Of a stretch of DNA of 59,945 nucleotides, positions 36,122 to 46,705 are shown piece after piece. This DNA is from Patescibacteria group bacterium (GTDB lineage Bacteria > Patescibacteriota > Minisyncoccia > 2-02-FULL-40-12 > GWA2-44-9). The DNA is taken from assembly GCA_038062135.1 (NCBI GenBank), contig JBBTXT010000007.1, positions 1 through 59,945 of the forward strand, written 5' to 3'. The translations under genes were made by a program, and so were the position numbers. The notes under the pieces are model-generated. The model was not told where the DNA came from. It did no database searches and saw only the letters and a program-made list of their open reading frames with translations. Positions within the stretch are counted from its first letter, which is position 1, and each line of letters opens with the position of its first letter.

Positions 36122-36170
36122 CTTAGCGGGGTGGGATTTGCCCTCGGTCTACAGCCTTAAGCACAAACAT

Positions 36171-36190
36171 AAAACACCCCTGTCGGGGTG
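36171..36190 (-). terminator. hairpin CACCCC-GACA-GGGGTG followed by TTTT (minus strand), downstream of tRNA-Leu
   Basis: Seen directly. It could also stop folD transcription from the other side. Confidence 0.6.
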
Positions 36191-36198
36191 CTCTATTC

Positions 36199-36284
36199 TG
36201 GTGCCCGGGGTGGGACTTGAACCCACAAGGGCTTGCGCCCACACGATTTTGAGTCGTGCGTGTATGCCATTCCACCACCCGGGC
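36199..36284 (-). tRNA. tRNA-Leu (anticodon CAA), CCA encoded
   Basis: Acceptor GCCCGGG/CCCGGGC; anticodon stem CACGA/TCGTG with loop CT-CAA-AA; long variable arm; T-arm GTGGG-TTCAAGT-CCCAC. Confidence 0.93.
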
Positions 36285-36389
36285 TCAACCTAAAGACTTT
36301 AGCATTTCTGGGGTGATTTTTCAACGTTTTTTCGGTTGCTTTTGGTTTTGGGCATGCTATGATTTGAGCATCGTATTCTAAGAAATCTC

Positions 36390-37151
36390 ATGGCAAGGAT
36401 TATCGCAATCTGTAACCAAAAAGGCGGCGTGGGCAAAACCACAACTGCCATCAATCTCGGAGCATATCTTGCCGCGGCCGGAAAGTTTGTACTCTTGGCG
36501 GATCTTGATTCTCAAGCTAATGCGACCGTCGGTCTGGGTGTACAGCTTGCTTCGGAATCCCAGAATGTGTACCACGCGCTCATTGATGATCTCAATCCGG
36601 AGGTTTTAATCCGCAAAACCAGTTTATTCGGATTTGATATTCTGCCAGCCAGCCAAAACTTGGCTGGGGCGACGGTTGAGCTTGTTTCCATGGATAGCCG
36701 CGAGTCGCGCTTGAAAAAAGTTCTAGGCGCGGTGCGCGGAAATTACGATTACATTCTGGTTGACTGCCCGCCGTCGCTCGGACTTTTAACCATCAACGCT
36801 TTAGCCGCCGCCGAACAGGTGTTGATTCCTGTTCAATGCGAATACTATGCCCTTGAGGGACTCGGACAGTTGATGAATACGATTGATTTAGTGAAGGGGA
36901 GCGTGAATCCGGATTTGCAGGTCTTGGGCGTTGTGCTTACAATGTATGATAAGCGCAACCAGTTGGCGCACCAGGTAGTGAACGAAGTGATGAAGAATTT
37001 TCCAGGCAGGGTTTTTGAAGCGATGATTCCGCGCACGGTATCGCTCGCCGAAGCGCCAAGCTTCGGAAAAACAATTCTTCAATTTGATCCTGGTTCTCGC
37101 GCCGCTCGTGCATATCACCAGCTGGCAGAAGAAATCTTAAAACTTTCATAA
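36390..37151 (+). CDS. parA: chromosome partitioning ATPase ParA/Soj
   Basis: Deviant Walker A NQKGGVGKTTTAINL, DCPPSLG. Confidence 0.94.
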   Translation: MARIIAICNQKGGVGKTTTAINLGAYLAAAGKFVLLADLDSQANATVGLGVQLASESQNVYHALIDDLNPEVLIRKTSLFGFDILPASQNLAGATVELVSMDSRESRLKKVLGAVRGNYDYILVDCPPSLGLLTINALAAAEQVLIPVQCEYYALEGLGQLMNTIDLVKGSVNPDLQVLGVVLTMYDKRNQLAHQVVNEVMKNFPGRVFEAMIPRTVSLAEAPSFGKTILQFDPGSRAARAYHQLAEEILKLS

Positions 37152-38038
37152 TGAATATGGCAAAAAAATTATTCGGACTTGGCAAAGGGCTCGGCTCATT
37201 GATACCGTCGCCGACTTCGCGCCCCGAGACTTCAAAAGAAAATATATTTTATGTTGAGGTGGTCAAGGTTCGTCCGAACCCTGACCAACCACGCCGTGAT
37301 TTTGATCAGAACGCCCTAAAAGAACTGGCGGCGTCCATTCGCAAATACGGCGTGCTCCAGCCGTTATTGGTTTCAAAAATGGAAGAAGAAACCGGCCGAG
37401 GTTTGAACGTGTTTTATCAGTTGATTGCCGGTGAGCGTCGGTTGCGCGCCTCGCAATTAGCCGGATTGCCCCAAGTACCGGTGGTTATCCGCGATGAACC
37501 TCCGGCGGGCCAGGCAAAATCGGAGCGTCTTGAGCTTGCGCTTATTGAAAACCTCCAACGCGAAGATTTAAACCCGATGGAAGAAGCGCAGGCCTATACG
37601 CGCCTGGTGGCTGAATTTAATATGACGCAGGATCAGATTGCGGTTAAGGTTGCGAAGTCGCGGCCTGCGGTTGCCAATGCCTTGCGTTTACTGAAGCTCC
37701 CTAAATATATCCAGGATGCTCTGCGCGACGGACGGCTTACTGCCGCTCACGCCCGTGCCCTCTTATCGTTTGACGACGAAACAAAACAAAAAGCGGTGTA
37801 TCAGCAGATTCTAATCGGCGGATTTTCATCTAAGGATACCGAGGCCAGCGCGTCAGCTGACAAAAACACTACCGGTAAACAAAAACCGGATGGCCGGTTT
37901 ATAGAACTTCAGAAAAATCTAGGCGAAAAACTTAGCGTTCCGGTCTTGATCAAAAGCGGAACCAAGGGCGGACACATCATGATAAGGTTCGCTACTCTTG
38001 AGCAACTCAACACGATCGCGAAAAATATTATAGATTAG
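37151..38038 (+). CDS. parB: chromosome partitioning protein ParB/Spo0J
   Basis: NPDQPRRDFD, LIAGERRLRAS, ALIENLQREDLNPMEEA. Confidence 0.94.
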   Translation: MNMAKKLFGLGKGLGSLIPSPTSRPETSKENIFYVEVVKVRPNPDQPRRDFDQNALKELAASIRKYGVLQPLLVSKMEEETGRGLNVFYQLIAGERRLRASQLAGLPQVPVVIRDEPPAGQAKSERLELALIENLQREDLNPMEEAQAYTRLVAEFNMTQDQIAVKVAKSRPAVANALRLLKLPKYIQDALRDGRLTAAHARALLSFDDETKQKAVYQQILIGGFSSKDTEASASADKNTTGKQKPDGRFIELQKNLGEKLSVPVLIKSGTKGGHIMIRFATLEQLNTIAKNIID

Positions 38039-40030
38039 TTAGGCAGCTTCCTCTTTGGTGAGTTTGCGGGTGTTCTTACACTTCGGGAAGTTTGAGCAAG
38101 CGATAAAGCGTCCGAAACGCCCGACGCGAATAATAAGGTCGCCGGTTCCGCATTTGTCGCACTTTTCTCCAGTTTTCTCCACCGGCATTGCAGGTTTTGC
38201 TTCCTTCAAAACATTTTTGCAGGTTGGGAAGTTTGAGCAGGCGATAAACTTACCGAAGCGTCCGCGCTTCACAATCATCGGATTCCCGCACTTATCGCAG
38301 ATTTTATCGGTTGTTTCGGTTTCTTCGGCTTTCTTTTGCGCCTTGGCCTCTTCCATTCTTGAAGCGAGTTGGACTTCAAGCGGTTCATAAAACTCACGCA
38401 CTACCGGCGCCCATTCAATCTTTCCATTTGCAATGTCATCAAGTTCGTCTTCCATATGCGAGGTAAAGGCAATATCCACTATTTTAGGGAAATGTTCAAC
38501 CAAGTAGTCGTTCACAAGCTTGCCAATTTCGGTCGGATGAAAATATCGCGATCGATCCTTCTCCACATACCGGCGGGTTTGAATGGTTGAAATAATGCTG
38601 GCGTAAGTGGACGGCCGACCGATGCCTTCTTTTTCCAGGGTTTTAATAAGAGACGCTTCATTAAATCTCGCCGGAGGTTTGGTTGCGTGCTGTTCAGGCT
38701 TCAGTTCTTTAAGATCAAGCTCCTGACCGACCTCTACTATTGGTAATTCAGTTTCCTCAAATTTGACCGGGTAAATCTTTAAAAAACCGTCAAATTTTAG
38801 GGTTGAACCATTTGCGCGGAATGTGTATTTACTAGCTTCAATATCTATTGCCGCGGCATCAAAAATTGCCTTCGGCATCTGGGATGCTACGAATCTCCGC
38901 CAGATTAGTTCGTAAAGCCTTGCTTGTTGGGGTTCAAGCTCTTTTGCCATCTGTTCCGGAGTGCGTGTGGGGTCTGTCGGACGAATTGCTTCGTGGGCTT
39001 CTTGCGCGTTCTTTGATTTTTTTGTGAACACGCGAGCCTCAAAATACTTTTCGCCCAATGTTTCTGTGATGTATGATTTTACGGCGGCAATGGATTCGGT
39101 AGAAAGGTTTACCGAATCCGTGCGCATGTAGGTAATATAGCCGGCTTCGTATAAGCGCTGGGCGAACATCATAGTTTGCTTTGATGAATAGCGAAGTTTT
39201 TTAGCGGCATCTTGCTGAAGCGTGCTGGTGGTAAACGGCGAAAACGGCGAACGGGCAACTTCTTTGCGGTCCACGCTCGCGACCTTCCAGCTTGCACCCT
39301 CAAGCGCACTGACTATTTCGTCCGATTCGGCCTTATTTTTTATAGAAAGTTTTTCAAGCGTTTTGTCGCCGATCTTTATAAGTTCCGAAAGAAAAGATTT
39401 ATCAGATTTTTTCGGCGCTACTAATGCGCCAATAGTCCAATACTCTTCGGGAACAAACTTTTCTATTTCTCGCTCGCGGTCAACGATTAAGCGCACCGCC
39501 ACTGATTGTACGCGCCCCGCGGAAAGTCCGCGGTAATAGCGCTTCCATAAAATAGGGGAAAGCTTATAGCCGACGAGACGGTCTAAAACTCGGCGCGCCT
39601 GCTGGGCATCAACCAGGTTTTGATCAAGTGTTCTCGGGTGGGCGATCGCTTCCTCAATTGCGTGCTTGGTGATTTCGTGGAATACGACGCGCTCAACCTT
39701 TTTTATGGGATCTTTTTTCTTGGCGGATTTTTTGCCTAATCCCAGCACCTGCGCTAAGTGCCAAGAAATTGCTTCGCCTTCGCGATCAGGATCGGTAGCA
39801 AGAAGAATTTCATCCGCCTTAGCCGCTTCCTTTTTAAGAGCGGTTACGTTTTTCTTGGCCTTGGTCGGGATGATATACGACGGTTCAAAGTTTTTCTCAA
39901 CATCTACGCCAAGCTCGCCTTTGGGCAAGTCGCGGATGTGTCCGAATGACGAGGTAACGACAAAATCGCTCCCGAGAAATCGGGAGATTGTTTTTGCTTT
40001 CGTGGGCGATTCTACGATTACAAGACGCAT
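38039..40030 (-). CDS. topA: DNA topoisomerase I with two C-terminal Zn ribbons
   Basis: LVIVESPTKAKTI, TDPDREGEAISWH, active-site YITYMRTDS, duplicated GRFG(K/R)FIACSNFP(T/K)CKN. Confidence 0.96.
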   Translation of the reverse strand: MRLVIVESPTKAKTISRFLGSDFVVTSSFGHIRDLPKGELGVDVEKNFEPSYIIPTKAKKNVTALKKEAAKADEILLATDPDREGEAISWHLAQVLGLGKKSAKKKDPIKKVERVVFHEITKHAIEEAIAHPRTLDQNLVDAQQARRVLDRLVGYKLSPILWKRYYRGLSAGRVQSVAVRLIVDREREIEKFVPEEYWTIGALVAPKKSDKSFLSELIKIGDKTLEKLSIKNKAESDEIVSALEGASWKVASVDRKEVARSPFSPFTTSTLQQDAAKKLRYSSKQTMMFAQRLYEAGYITYMRTDSVNLSTESIAAVKSYITETLGEKYFEARVFTKKSKNAQEAHEAIRPTDPTRTPEQMAKELEPQQARLYELIWRRFVASQMPKAIFDAAAIDIEASKYTFRANGSTLKFDGFLKIYPVKFEETELPIVEVGQELDLKELKPEQHATKPPARFNEASLIKTLEKEGIGRPSTYASIISTIQTRRYVEKDRSRYFHPTEIGKLVNDYLVEHFPKIVDIAFTSHMEDELDDIANGKIEWAPVVREFYEPLEVQLASRMEEAKAQKKAEETETTDKICDKCGNPMIVKRGRFGKFIACSNFPTCKNVLKEAKPAMPVEKTGEKCDKCGTGDLIIRVGRFGRFIACSNFPKCKNTRKLTKEEAA

Positions 40031-40078
40031 CGGTATGTAAGGATACGGACTAAATCAAGATTCGTCAAATTTATGTTT

Positions 40079-40954
40079 TTAAGCGCTCCGGTATTTTCCA
40101 TGTCCATCACTTATAATATGACCCTGAATTTCAAGCATTGCTAAGGCAACATTTAATTCGGATGCGTTAATCCCGCAGGTTGAAATTATCTCGTCTGCTG
40201 ACAATATTCCGCGTTCGGATAGTGATGCTAAGATTGCCTTTTGGACTGGGTCCGAAAGATTTACTGTTTTACGGGGAGAGTTTTCTCCTGTCAGGCCGTA
40301 ACCAAATAAAATATCATCCGGCGCAGTTACCAATTTTGCGCCTTGTTTGAGAAGCCAGTTTGTTCCGCGGGCGAGTGGGCTGAAGATATTTCCGGGCACG
40401 GCAAAGACATCCCGGTTTTGTTCAGCAGCTAAGCGGCCGGTAATCAGAGAACCTGACTTTTCGTCCGCCTCAATTACGAGCGTACCAACGGAAAGACCGC
40501 TAATAATCCGGTTGCGCATCGGAAAACTTCCCTTAAAGGCGGGATCTCCGGATTCGTATTCGGAGATAATTAAGCCTCCCTGATCTAAAATCCGCATCGC
40601 AAGCTTAAAATTAGAGCGCGGACCGATGCACTCGTTGTTTACGCCGGAACCGAGAACCGCAATTGTCGGTCCGCCGACATCAAGAGTGGATTCGTGGGCG
40701 GCCGCATCCACGCCAAGAGCCAGGCCGCTGACAATCGTGAAACCTGCTCGTACGAGAGATGGAACAAGATGGCCAACGGCTTGCCGGCCGTAGCTTGTCA
40801 TCTTTCGCGTGCCGACAACCGCAAAACATTCGCTTGTGAGCAAGTCCGTATTTCCTCGGCAAAAAAGTTTTTTAGGAAAATCCGGAATCTCCGCCAGTCG
40901 TTTTGGAAACTTTGGCGATGATTTTTGAATGACGGAGATTTTTTCGCGCGCCAT
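40079..40954 (-). CDS. dprA: DNA processing protein DprA
   Basis: VVGTRKMTSYG, GLALGVDAAAHE, LVIEADEKSGSLITG. The start at ATG 40954 leaves room for divergent promoters. Confidence 0.9.
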   Translation of the reverse strand: MAREKISVIQKSSPKFPKRLAEIPDFPKKLFCRGNTDLLTSECFAVVGTRKMTSYGRQAVGHLVPSLVRAGFTIVSGLALGVDAAAHESTLDVGGPTIAVLGSGVNNECIGPRSNFKLAMRILDQGGLIISEYESGDPAFKGSFPMRNRIISGLSVGTLVIEADEKSGSLITGRLAAEQNRDVFAVPGNIFSPLARGTNWLLKQGAKLVTAPDDILFGYGLTGENSPRKTVNLSDPVQKAILASLSERGILSADEIISTCGINASELNVALAMLEIQGHIISDGHGKYRSA

Positions 40955-41030
40955 TAGTAAAGGATACGCGATGCGAATGTCATGTGTCAAAAGGTTGGCA
41001 AACTGTTCCCGGCGGTGGTAAGGTGGTTTT

Positions 41031-41762
41031 ATGTCTGAACTGAGGCTTTCTATTGTTATTCCAGCCCGTAATGAGTCTGGGCGCATCGGGACGACCCTGG
41101 CGTCTGTCGCCGAGTATTTATCTCGGCAGAGTTATAATTCGGAAGTGCTCGTGGTAGACAACGCCTCTACTGACAACACTTCGGCCGCAACCTTAGTTTT
41201 TTCGGACCGCATTAAAAATCTAAGCGTAGTCCGCGAACCCCGCGGAGGTAAAGGGTACGCTGTTACCGCCGGCATGCGGGCGGTAAGAGGGGATCTTAAG
41301 ATTTTCATGGATGCCGACAATGCAACGGATATAAGCCAGCTGGACCGCCTTTTGCCGTTCATAGAGCTAGGCTATGACGTCGTAATCGGATCAATTGCCG
41401 TACCCGGCGCGGTAATTTCAAAAACAGAACGAGAACCTTGGTGGCGCGTCATGCTGGGCAAGACTGGCAATCTTGTGACTCGCTTGCTCGCTGTTCCGGG
41501 AATTCACGATACTCAGCGCGGGTTCAAACTTTTTACAGCCAAGGCGGCGGATGATATTTTTCCCCGACTTAACATATTCGGCTGGACGTTTGATTTTGAA
41601 GTGTTAGCTATTGCCAGATCAAAAGGATATCGGATTAAAGAGGTTCCCATTGAATGGCGCCACGATTCAGATTCACGCGTTACCATTTGGGCGTACCCGC
41701 AAGCCTTGCGAGACGCGTTTGTCGTGGCTTGGCGCCGTCTAACGAGACGCTATAAGTCCTAA
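41031..41762 (+). CDS. GT2-family glycosyltransferase (polyprenyl-phosphate hexosyltransferase-like)
   Basis: LSIVIPARNE, VVDNASTD, FMDADN (DxD motif). Confidence 0.85.
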   Translation: MSELRLSIVIPARNESGRIGTTLASVAEYLSRQSYNSEVLVVDNASTDNTSAATLVFSDRIKNLSVVREPRGGKGYAVTAGMRAVRGDLKIFMDADNATDISQLDRLLPFIELGYDVVIGSIAVPGAVISKTEREPWWRVMLGKTGNLVTRLLAVPGIHDTQRGFKLFTAKAADDIFPRLNIFGWTFDFEVLAIARSKGYRIKEVPIEWRHDSDSRVTIWAYPQALRDAFVVAWRRLTRRYKS

Positions 41763-41779
41763 TCTGGTACAATGTCCTA

Positions 41780-42508
41780 ATGGATAAGCTCGTTATCGCA
41801 AACTGGAAGGCCGCCCCCGCAACCCTTGAGGATGCGAGGGAACTGGCGCGCAATTTATTAAAGATAAAAACGGATTCCGTAAACGTTGTAATCTGTCCGC
41901 CAATGCCGTTTCTGGAAGAAATTTCAAAGGAAATTTCCGGTTCCGGAATTATACTTGGTGCACAAGACGTTGCACCAGGAACCGAACGCGGGCAAACCGG
42001 AGAAGAAACCGCTGAAATGCTTGCCGGGTTGGGTGTTCGGTATGTCATCGTCGGGCATTCGGAACGTCGCTGGAAACTCGGGGAACCGGATGAAATCGTA
42101 AAGCAGAAACTTATTTCTGCCTTGGCTGCCGGGTTAACGCCGATTGTCTGTCTTGGCGAAAAAACTCGCGAAGGCGACTGGGAAGATTTTCTGCGTGCTC
42201 AAACTAAATCGGTCCTTGCCTCCCTGAGCGAATCGGAAATAAATAAGTGCGTATTGGCCTATGAACCGGTATGGGCTATCAGTACCAATCCGGGCGCCCA
42301 AGCGGACACGCCGGAATCGGCGTCTGCGGCGGTCAAAATTATCTTGCAGGAAATTTCTGCGCATCCCAAGATTCTTTACGGCGGGTCGGTTAATCCGGAA
42401 AACGCCAAAACATTTTTATCCAGCCAAGTCTTTAATGGAGTATTGGTTGGCGGAGCGAGCTTGAACGCAGATGATTTTTCAAAGATTGTTTCCGCGGCAA
42501 AAGATTAA
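41780..42508 (+). CDS. tpiA: triosephosphate isomerase
   Basis: IANWK, VIVGHSERR, AYEPVWAIST, GGASL. Confidence 0.94.
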   Translation: MDKLVIANWKAAPATLEDARELARNLLKIKTDSVNVVICPPMPFLEEISKEISGSGIILGAQDVAPGTERGQTGEETAEMLAGLGVRYVIVGHSERRWKLGEPDEIVKQKLISALAAGLTPIVCLGEKTREGDWEDFLRAQTKSVLASLSESEINKCVLAYEPVWAISTNPGAQADTPESASAAVKIILQEISAHPKILYGGSVNPENAKTFLSSQVFNGVLVGGASLNADDFSKIVSAAKD

Positions 42509-43585
42509 ATGAAGAACATTTCTGATTATATTAACGATATTTCCGGCAAGCACGTTATATTGCGCGCCGATCTTGATGTACCTGTTGCGGACGGCAGGAT
42601 CTCCGAGACGTTCAGAATCGAACGGCAAAAAGATGCCGTTGCGTTGTTACGAGAGCATGCGGCGAAAACGCTTATCGTCGCTCATTCCGGAGAGCTGGAA
42701 TCTTTTCAGTCGATATTCAGCGAAATAAAAAATATTCTTGGCGCCGACATTGTTTTTATAGACAGCCTTGACGGCATAGCCGAGTTTTTGAGCGGGGAAG
42801 CGAAAGTCGGTCTTTTAGATAATTTGCGCCGATGGCCGGGAGAAAAAGCCAATGATCCTGAATTTTCTACTACGTTGGCCAATGGATTTGATGCATATAT
42901 AAATAATGCATTTGCCGAATGCCACCGTGACTATGCATCAATGTCGGGAATTCCTAAAATTCTTCCGGCATACGCCGGCCCGGTTGTGATTGAAGAAGTA
43001 AAAAACTTATCCGAAATTTTAGATGCGCCATCCGAAGGCAAGGTTGTAATAATCGGCGGCGCTAAGGCGAGTACAAAAGTGCCGGTTATTAAAAATCTGA
43101 TTGATAAGTCAGAGATTGTCTTAGTTGGCGGTGTAGTCGCAAACGACTTGTTAAAAACTAATGGTGTTGATGTGGGGGCATCCAGGGTTGATGAAAATAT
43201 CCCCGAACTCCTTGAGGGATTGGATATAAACAGTCCAAAACTTAAAATACCGACTGATTGGAGAGAGGAGAGCGGAAAGATTTTTGACATCGGTCCGAAA
43301 ACTGAAAATATGTACGCTCAATTTATCAATCAAGCCAAGCTTGTTATTTGGAATGGACCGATGGGTATGTTTGAAAATGACTTCAGTAAAGGAACTCGCG
43401 CGGTTGCGGAGGCGATTATTAGCAGTTCTATAAAAAGTATTATCGGCGGAGGCGATACCGTTTCTGCCATTGGCAAATTTAGAATCCCACTGGATAAATT
43501 TTCATTTGTCTCAACCGGCGGAGGAGCGATGTTATCTTTTTTGGCTGGCGACACGCTCCCAGGACTTGCCGCACTAGAAAACTAG
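42509..43585 (+). CDS. pgk: phosphoglycerate kinase (short, divergent)
   Basis: RADLDVP, NLRRWPGEKAND, AFAECHR, GGAKASTK, WNGPMGMFE, GGGDT, STGGGA. Confidence 0.9.
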   Translation: MKNISDYINDISGKHVILRADLDVPVADGRISETFRIERQKDAVALLREHAAKTLIVAHSGELESFQSIFSEIKNILGADIVFIDSLDGIAEFLSGEAKVGLLDNLRRWPGEKANDPEFSTTLANGFDAYINNAFAECHRDYASMSGIPKILPAYAGPVVIEEVKNLSEILDAPSEGKVVIIGGAKASTKVPVIKNLIDKSEIVLVGGVVANDLLKTNGVDVGASRVDENIPELLEGLDINSPKLKIPTDWREESGKIFDIGPKTENMYAQFINQAKLVIWNGPMGMFENDFSKGTRAVAEAIISSSIKSIIGGGDTVSAIGKFRIPLDKFSFVSTGGGAMLSFLAGDTLPGLAALEN

Positions 43586-43648
43586 CGGTTTTGGTTGATA
43601 ACCTTCTTGTTATCAGGCGCTCGCAACTGATATAATTAGGTTAGTTTA

Positions 43649-46600
43649 ATGGCCAATCTATTCAAAGAAATTCTTCATGGCATTCGCGAAGAACTCGCTT
43701 TTGAGTGCTCACAACCCTATAGGGCAACATTGGTGGCAAGTGAAACTGTTGGGTTTAACACGCAAATGCGGGATCAGCTCGCAGGCTTAAGGAGAGGTCC
43801 CGAAGCCGGATCCGTGGCGGTATTGCCTGCTCCCGTTCCAGAACCCAGCGTTCCGTACGAAAGCCTTAACGACAGATTTGAAAGAGTGGCCAGAGAAATG
43901 AAGCAGGGGTTAAACAAGGATGGGAAACCCCGTAAAAATGCGGTTGAGGTTCTTGAGAGCTTCCCACCATTGGAGAAAGTCCCGAAGCCTGATGATGCGA
44001 AAGTTCAGGCCGATGCCACTCCAAGCACAGAAACTCGTCGCGAACAAACTTCAGACGAAATCAAACAAAAATTAGCACGGCTTAAAAGTGGCGACGAACG
44101 CCTGTCGGCTGCCTATCGTCGCGTGAAAGAACCGGATGAAAAAGAAAAAATTCTTGCCAGATTGGACGACAGCAACAGATACTTCGCTAAGATAAGGGAT
44201 CAATATTTATTAACTCGTTATCGTGAGTTGGCCTCTGCTCACCCGGACGGCCAGTCAGCAACAAATCCGGATAGTGCTTGGCTTGAAAAAGAATCCGAAC
44301 GAGTGCGCGCGTCAGCAAGCGCCGAGCCTCTCGATGTTGAATTTTTTGAATGGGCGCTCTTGAGGGCGAAGAAAAATTCACCAGCTGCCGCAAAGCCTGA
44401 AGCAAATGTACCCATGGCTAAAGCGCAAGCCATAGAAAAACAACCGGTTGATCCAGAGTTCAATTCGCGCAACTTAAAGATAGCGGAATTTTTCGGAAAA
44501 CATCAGAAGGGAGAGTTGAAGGTGGAAGAATATGATGCCTACCGAGAATTGATAGAGGTTCAGATTAAAGCTCTTGAAGAACGGCTTAAAAAACCCCAAA
44601 ATCCAGAGGAGCAGGCCGCTGCTAAACTTCAAATATCTCGTCGGTCAGGGGAGTATACAAATATAACTGGCCATCAGATAGATATGCTGATTACGGAACT
44701 TAAGAGTGGCAAGATTGATAAGGAAAGTATAAAGGATCAGTTTTTGAGGATTAAAGATAACTTTGAGACCAACAAGTCAGGCATGCCACCCCATGAGATA
44801 GAGGCTTCAAAGCTTTATCTTGAAAAAGTGGGTGCTGAACTCGGTTTAGATCAAAAACCCGCAGAAATTGTAAAACCTGAAACTATAACAAAGTCGCAAG
44901 AAACCCAGCAAAAGTCGGCTGTCGGCGAGGCGGGATTGGAAGCGATACAGAAATCAAGAACCTGGAACGATATCCTTTTAGCCATTGATGTCGCTGGTCC
45001 GATGAGGTATCGCGACATGACTCTTTCAACCGAATCAATTCGTAGCAGAATCTCTCGGGTAAAAAAAGAGTTTGAAATGTCTAAGGGCAAAGACAGGCTT
45101 AATTCAATATATGTAAGGGATGCGCTGGATAATTTGCCACAAGGATTGGTGCGACCAGTGATCAATATTTTAGAATCAGAATCCGGGATGATTGCAAAAG
45201 TTCCTGGGGATGAAAAAGAACCGATCAAACCAGTTGAGGTTGTTGACGGACTCACTCAAAAAATTTCAAACGCGCAAACTTGGGAAGAGTTAGACAAAGC
45301 AATACGCGAGGCAGGTTTTGTAAAATCGGGCGAAGTAGAATACTCGCCAATTGATGTTTTGGCACCAATTACTGATCTTAGAGACGCGCTTAAAATGGCA
45401 GACGGAAACAGTAACGCTCCAGTTTTTAGGCGCGGACTCGGAAGCGTTACCCGTGCGAACGGCATCAGAGCCAAGGTGTTAGAGCTTCTTTTCAACGAAA
45501 ATGACGAGAAATATTTTAAAGCTGGCGATCGGGTCGTCTACGAAGGAAAAAAGTGGGACATTGTTAGAATTGAAAACGGCAAGGCGGTAATTCAAACACT
45601 GTCGGAGGATAAAAAGGCAATGCCGGAAAAGGTTGTGCCGTTGAGTGATCTGGCGCTTGAAGTTAAAATGGCCGAGACTCCAGTTAAACTTGAAGAAGAT
45701 TTTGAAAAACCGGTATTTACTTCTCCCACCACTAATGCGATGGGCATGTTTCTTGATGCTACTAATAAGGGAATTGATATATTACAAAAGGGTTTTAAAC
45801 GCAAGGCTACAACAGAAAAAGCGGAAGCTGTATCTGCTGGTCCTGAAACAACTGCTATTCCCGAAGAAGTTCCTCAATGGAAGAAGGAATTTCAGGAACA
45901 GGTAAATAATGCCTACCAGAAAAACATTGGTGGCGGTTGGAGAGGCCGCCTTGCAGACCGCATGAAGGGGGTTGTCACCTTTGGTGCTACTGACTATTTT
46001 GCTGCTGAGAAGTTTCGCACTGGCACTGGTGAGATCGGGAACAAAATGGAAGAAGTTGCCGATCTTTTTATGGAAGAATCCAAGGAAAATAATGAAACGG
46101 CAATAAAATATGCCATAAATTCTATTGTCAGCAAACTTGTAAAACAATTTGAAAATAAGCGAGCCTCTGATGGCCAGCCGATCTTGACAGCAGATAAGCT
46201 GGAGAAGCTTCAGGATCGCCTTATAATTGAACTCCGCGCTATTCAACAAAGCGGGGCATTAAGTGAACGAGGTAAGTTCGTTGCGATTATTCGGGAGCAC
46301 TTAGATCAGGCATGGTGGAAGCGTTATATTTACGGAGTTCAAGAAACGGTGGCGGCAAGCGTTGGGTTGAGCTATGCTATGCCGGTTATTTCCAGCTGGA
46401 TTTTTGGATCCGCCGTCGTGGCCCCGAATGCTCTCCCGGCGGTTAAAAGTCTTCCTACCGCCTGGAAACTGGCAACCGGAGAAAGTCCTTGGACGGTGAG
46501 CGAAAAATTGCTGCGTTCTGCCGGGAAAACGGTTAATCCGGATAATGTGAAACTTGTTGATGCGGCGCTCTGTCGTGAAAATGGCATTGGCGTTCCCGAG

Positions 46601-46696
46601 TGGGCAATACCGGGAAAACTTAAACATGGCGCTGTTGCGGTCGGAACAACGCTGAAAATTGCAAACGCTTTGAGGGTGATCGCCTCAATGCCGTAA
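43649..46696 (+). CDS. large orphan protein, 1015 aa, coiled-coil-rich, with internal ~95-aa tandem duplication and C-terminal hydrophobic segment
   Basis: Repeats begin ..SRTWNDILLAIDVAG.. and ..AQTWEELDKAIREAG... Hydrophobic stretch SVGLSYAMPVISSWIFGSAVVAP near the C-terminus. Confidence 0.7.
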   Translation: MANLFKEILHGIREELAFECSQPYRATLVASETVGFNTQMRDQLAGLRRGPEAGSVAVLPAPVPEPSVPYESLNDRFERVAREMKQGLNKDGKPRKNAVEVLESFPPLEKVPKPDDAKVQADATPSTETRREQTSDEIKQKLARLKSGDERLSAAYRRVKEPDEKEKILARLDDSNRYFAKIRDQYLLTRYRELASAHPDGQSATNPDSAWLEKESERVRASASAEPLDVEFFEWALLRAKKNSPAAAKPEANVPMAKAQAIEKQPVDPEFNSRNLKIAEFFGKHQKGELKVEEYDAYRELIEVQIKALEERLKKPQNPEEQAAAKLQISRRSGEYTNITGHQIDMLITELKSGKIDKESIKDQFLRIKDNFETNKSGMPPHEIEASKLYLEKVGAELGLDQKPAEIVKPETITKSQETQQKSAVGEAGLEAIQKSRTWNDILLAIDVAGPMRYRDMTLSTESIRSRISRVKKEFEMSKGKDRLNSIYVRDALDNLPQGLVRPVINILESESGMIAKVPGDEKEPIKPVEVVDGLTQKISNAQTWEELDKAIREAGFVKSGEVEYSPIDVLAPITDLRDALKMADGNSNAPVFRRGLGSVTRANGIRAKVLELLFNENDEKYFKAGDRVVYEGKKWDIVRIENGKAVIQTLSEDKKAMPEKVVPLSDLALEVKMAETPVKLEEDFEKPVFTSPTTNAMGMFLDATNKGIDILQKGFKRKATTEKAEAVSAGPETTAIPEEVPQWKKEFQEQVNNAYQKNIGGGWRGRLADRMKGVVTFGATDYFAAEKFRTGTGEIGNKMEEVADLFMEESKENNETAIKYAINSIVSKLVKQFENKRASDGQPILTADKLEKLQDRLIIELRAIQQSGALSERGKFVAIIREHLDQAWWKRYIYGVQETVAASVGLSYAMPVISSWIFGSAVVAPNALPAVKSLPTAWKLATGESPWTVSEKLLRSAGKTVNPDNVKLVDAALCRENGIGVPEWAIPGKLKHGAVAVGTTLKIANALRVIASMP

Positions 46697-46705
46697 TCTT
46701 TTTAT